Positions 59,578-64,000 of a stretch of 64,000 nucleotides of DNA are shown piece by piece. Numbering within the stretch: position 1 is the stretch's first letter; each line of letters begins with the position of its first letter. Location of the stretch: NCBI RefSeq assembly GCF_009914755.1, contig NC_060928.1, one strand, 5' to 3'. Under the pieces are notes generated by a model, which saw nothing but the letters and a program-made list of their open reading frames with translations, did not search any database and was not told where the DNA came from. This DNA is from the human T2T-CHM13v2.0 reference genome, Homo sapiens. Position numbers and translations under genes: made by a program.

Positions 59578-61983
59578 TCTTCTAGTGTTTTCATACCACG
59601 ATGTCTCTGTACATCTTGAATTCTTCTTCTGCTTCCTCTCACACTTTATCTGGGCCTTCTTTATCCTTTCCTCCTATTATTTCTATTCTGCTCCATTAGA
59701 TTATACTCCAAGCAGATTTTTCTTAATTATTTTGTTCTGGAAATGAGAATCAGTATACAAATTTTGATAGTTTATTGAACCAAGACTGTTCCAGTACTGC
59801 CATATCTTATCACTGTCCACTTGAATTTACCCATGAATTAGATCCTATAAAACATCCTTCCAGTTTCAGATGCTGTTCTCATATTGCCTCACTGCATTTA
59901 CCAGGGAGTAATTGTTGGAAAACTTGAGAGTTAGTCTAGGGCTAAGGTGAATTTGAGACTTAGTCTCTTAGTCTGAAGCTATCAGAATCCTTATTGCTTT
60001 CTCTTTGTTTCTTCACAGGCTTTTTCTAATACTACAGTAGTCGTGTAGTTGATATTACAGTGGTTGGTGATTTGTCTATACCTACTTACATTTTGAAGTT
60101 TCTGAAGATAACATATCACTTAGTTTTTTGTAGATATTTTATGTGGGTTTTTGGTTTTGTACTCTATTTCATGTGTCTATTTTTTTTTTACAAGAAAATT
60201 AGAGTAAATTAAAAAAGAAAATAATCCTGCCCCAGGTTTCTCTTCTCAGAATCCTTCTGGTCCCTCTTCTACTCTTCTATGGAAGAGGCTGTGTAAGGCT
60301 GATGTTATTGCTGTCTAAATGTTTGGAAAATTCTCTGGTAAATCCATCTGGTTCTGGAGAATATTTTTAAATGTTTTATTATGGAAAATTTTAAATATAT
60401 ACAAAGTAGAGAGACTATTCTAATGAACTTGGTATAACCAAGACCTACTTTCAACAATTTCAAAGCATATCAAATATTGTTTTACTATAAAACCCTACCA
60501 ATGCATAACAGCTGATCATTTTGAAGTAAATTCTATGCCTCATTCAATTGTGCATATTATAGTATAGATCAATAAAGGCAAAGAATATTTTTGAAACATA
60601 AACACAATATCTTATCACACCTAAACAAGCTTGTTTAACAATAATTTGGTAACATTATCCAATACTAACACAATGTTCACATTTTCTACATTGTCATGTA
60701 AATATCTTATTTAAAACTTACTTTATCCATACATTGTGATGGGTTGATAGATCCCTAGGGGTCTTTTAATTAATATGTTTCCTGTCTTTATTTCCTGGAA
60801 ATAATAAATTATAGATTTAGTCTCTTGTAGGATTATTCAGTTTTTAAAAAGTTTTTGTTGTATTAATCTTGGTGAGTGGTGTTTTTCTAGAAATCTATTT
60901 CTGTTAATTTATTTAATTCCTTTTCAATATTTTGTTCACGATATCTTCTTTTTAGCTTTGTAGTATCTGTAGGATCAATAGTACTGTCACTTCTTTTATT
61001 CCTGACTTAAGATATTTTCCTCCCTTTTTTTTCTTGCTCTCTTAGCAGGGGTTTAGTAATTTTAATAGGTTCTTTTCCCCTAGGAACTAACTTTTGGCTT
61101 TGTTGATCTTCATGTATATTTATTTTTATTTCATTAATTTATGTTTTTATTATTTCCTATCTTTTTAACTTATTTGTATTATCTTTGCTATCTTTTTATA
61201 ATATCCTGAAATGGGTCTTGGTTCAGTGTTTTTCAGTGTTTCTTTTTTTTTTCAACATGCATTTAAAGCTAAACACTTTTTTATGGTGGGTTTAGTCACA
61301 TCTCATAAATTTTGATTTTTTATTTTAATTATCATTAATTTCAAAATATTTTTAAATTTCTATTGTGAGTTATACTTTATCTGTGGATTATTTATAAGTA
61401 TATTGCTTAATTTTCAAGCATATGAGAGTTTTCTAAATATCTGTTTTTCACTTCCAGTTCATTTCAACTCTGACCAACTACTCTTTATAACTTCAGTCCT
61501 TTTATACTTATTGGGACTTGGCTTATGGGCCAGTATATGGACAGTTTTGGTAAAAGTTTATATATTCTTGTAAAAAATATGTTTTTGATATGCAAGTAGC
61601 ATGCTTGCAATAATATGTTCTATTTTTGTCAATTAGGTCAAATTTATTAATTTGAAATTTTGGTTTTATTTTTTACATGCTTTTGAATTTTTTGGTCTAC
61701 TAATTCTATCAGTTACTAAAAGATACATACTCTCCTTCTGTGATTGTGGATTTGTATGTTTCTCCTTTCAGTTCTGTCAATTTTTTTTCATATATTTTGA
61801 TGTTAGTAGGTACACACAGTTTTAGGACAGTTATGTCTTTTTGGTGAACTGTTCCTTTTACCATTAATGCTCCTTCTCATCTCTGGTAATACTCCTTGAT
61901 TTGAGGCTTCCTATACCAAATAGCTGTACCAACTTACTTTTGGTTTGGGTTTCTTTATAGATGCTTTTCCATTTGACTTTTTT

Positions 61984-63067
61984 TTTTTTATTATACTTTA
62001 AGTTTTAGGGTACGTGTGCGCAACGTGCAGGTTTGTTACATATGTATACATGTGCCATGTGGGTGTGCTGCACCCATTAACTCATCATTTAACATTAGGT
62101 ATATCTCCTAATGCTATCCCTCCCCCCTCCCCCCACCCCACAACAGGCTCCAGTGTGTGATGTTCCCCTTCCTGTGTCCATGTGTTCTCATTGTTCAATT
62201 CCCACCTATGAGTAGAACATGCGGTGTTTGGTTTTTTGTCCTTGTGATAGTTTGCTGAGAATGATGGTTTCCAGCTTCATCCATGTCCCTACAAAGGACA
62301 TGGACTCATCATTTTTTATGGTTGCATAGTATTCCATGGTGTATATGTGCCACATTTTCTTAATCCAGTCTATCATTGTTGGACATTTGGGTTGGTTCCA
62401 AGTCTTTGCTATTGTGAATAGTGCCTCAGTAAACATACATGTGCATGTGTCTTTATAGCAACATGATTTATAATCCTTTGGGTATATACCCAGTAATGGG
62501 ATGGCTGGATCAAATGGTATTTCTAGTTCTAGATCCCTGAGGAATCGCCACACTGACTTCCACAATGGTTGAACTAGTTTACAGTCCCACCAACAGTGTA
62601 GAAGTGTTCCTATTTCTCCACATCCTCTCTAACACCTGTTGTTTCCTGACTTTTTAATGATTGCCATTCTAACTGGTGTGAGATGGTACCTCATTGTGGT
62701 TTTGATTTGCATTTCTCTGATGGCCAGTGATGATAAGCATTTTTTCATGTGTTTTTTGGCTGCATAAATGTCTTCTTTTGAGAAGTGTCTGTTCATGTCC
62801 TTTGCCCACTTTTTGATGGGGTTGTTTGTTTTTTTCTTGTAAATTTGTTTGAGTTCATGGGAGATTCTGGATATTAGCCCTTTGTCAGATGAGTAGATTG
62901 CATAAATTTTCTCCCATTTTGTAGGTTGCCTGTTCACTCTGATGGTAGTTTCTTTTGCTGTGCAGAAGCTCTTTAGTTTAATGAGATCCCATTTGTCAAT
63001 TTTGGCTTTTGTTGCCTGGGAGTTCACTCATGATTTGGTTCTGTTTGTCTGTTGTTGGTGTATAAGA
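61984..63067 (-). mobile_element. 5'-truncated L1PA4-like element with internal jump, inserted in an Alu tail
   Basis: 3' UTR plus ORF2 C-terminus (ORFs 62206-62565, 62629-63027); TSD gactttttt. Confidence 0.93.
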
Positions 63068-63354
<287 letters not shown>

Positions 63355-64000
63355 CCCATATGACTTTTAAACTTTATGTTTCAGATTTTTTTCATGAATA
63401 ATATATAGTTAAAATCTTTTAATTGGAGTATTTAGTATGTTTACATTATATTAATACATGTATGCATGTGTATTTAAATATATTTATTAAGTATTTCTTA
63501 TATGTCTTACCTTTTCAAGTGATTAATTTTATTTCTTTCTTGCCTTGTTTTTATCATTATAATTAGAAATTTAATAATTTTAGTAATATTTTTCAAAGAA
63601 CCAGCTTTTGGTTTTTCTTGCTTTTCAAATTCAATTTAGAGAACTATTCTACTTTTTTCTATGTTAGCGTGAATGTTATATTCCTTTACTATTAGTAAAT
63701 ATTATATCATGCATACTTGATATAAATATATACTGTTACTTTGTACTGCTATTGTCGTTCTGGACAATAGAAGGACCTTTTAACTTTGGCTCCATTTATT
63801 ACACTCCCAACTTGTATACCATTGCAACTTCAGTTTTAATTATGTTTATATTTTAAAGGCTAAAACACACTGTTAATATTGTTTTATATAGTCAATGTTT
63901 ATTTAAATTTATGCATATATTTGCAATAGTTTGTTTTTTGTTCCTTACTGCCTCTCTAATCTTCAATTTTTGGTTATTTTTATTTTTTCATTTTCTTTTA

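Overview
Human (or great-ape) genomic DNA, not prokaryotic. The window starts in PAQR3 intron 1 and contains PAQR3 coding exon 1 (minus strand, 658-842) and its CpG-island promoter. The remaining ~63 kb is repeat-rich and has no other credible protein-coding exon: Alus, MIR/L2, MaLR and ERV solo LTRs, old L1M elements and several primate L1PA insertions. The L1PA set includes a full-length 6.17-kb L1PA4/5-like element with a 15-bp TSD. From recalled locus knowledge (chr4q21), the + strand lncRNA LINC01088 should start about 32 kb from PAQR3, and a perfect splice donor in an old L1 5' end sits at that position. I found no new multi-gene system. The most notable structures are: (i) an L1PA2 insertion carrying a 3' transduction inside a 17-bp TSD; (ii) an open antisense ORF0 with donors and the 129-bp ZNF93 segment in the full-length L1; (iii) a near-perfect 55-79 bp palindrome next to the breakpoint of a ~265-bp dispersed duplication; (iv) several templated-insertion or slippage scars. 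Repeat subfamily names come from memory of consensus sequences and are approximate. Boundaries without TSD support are approximate too.
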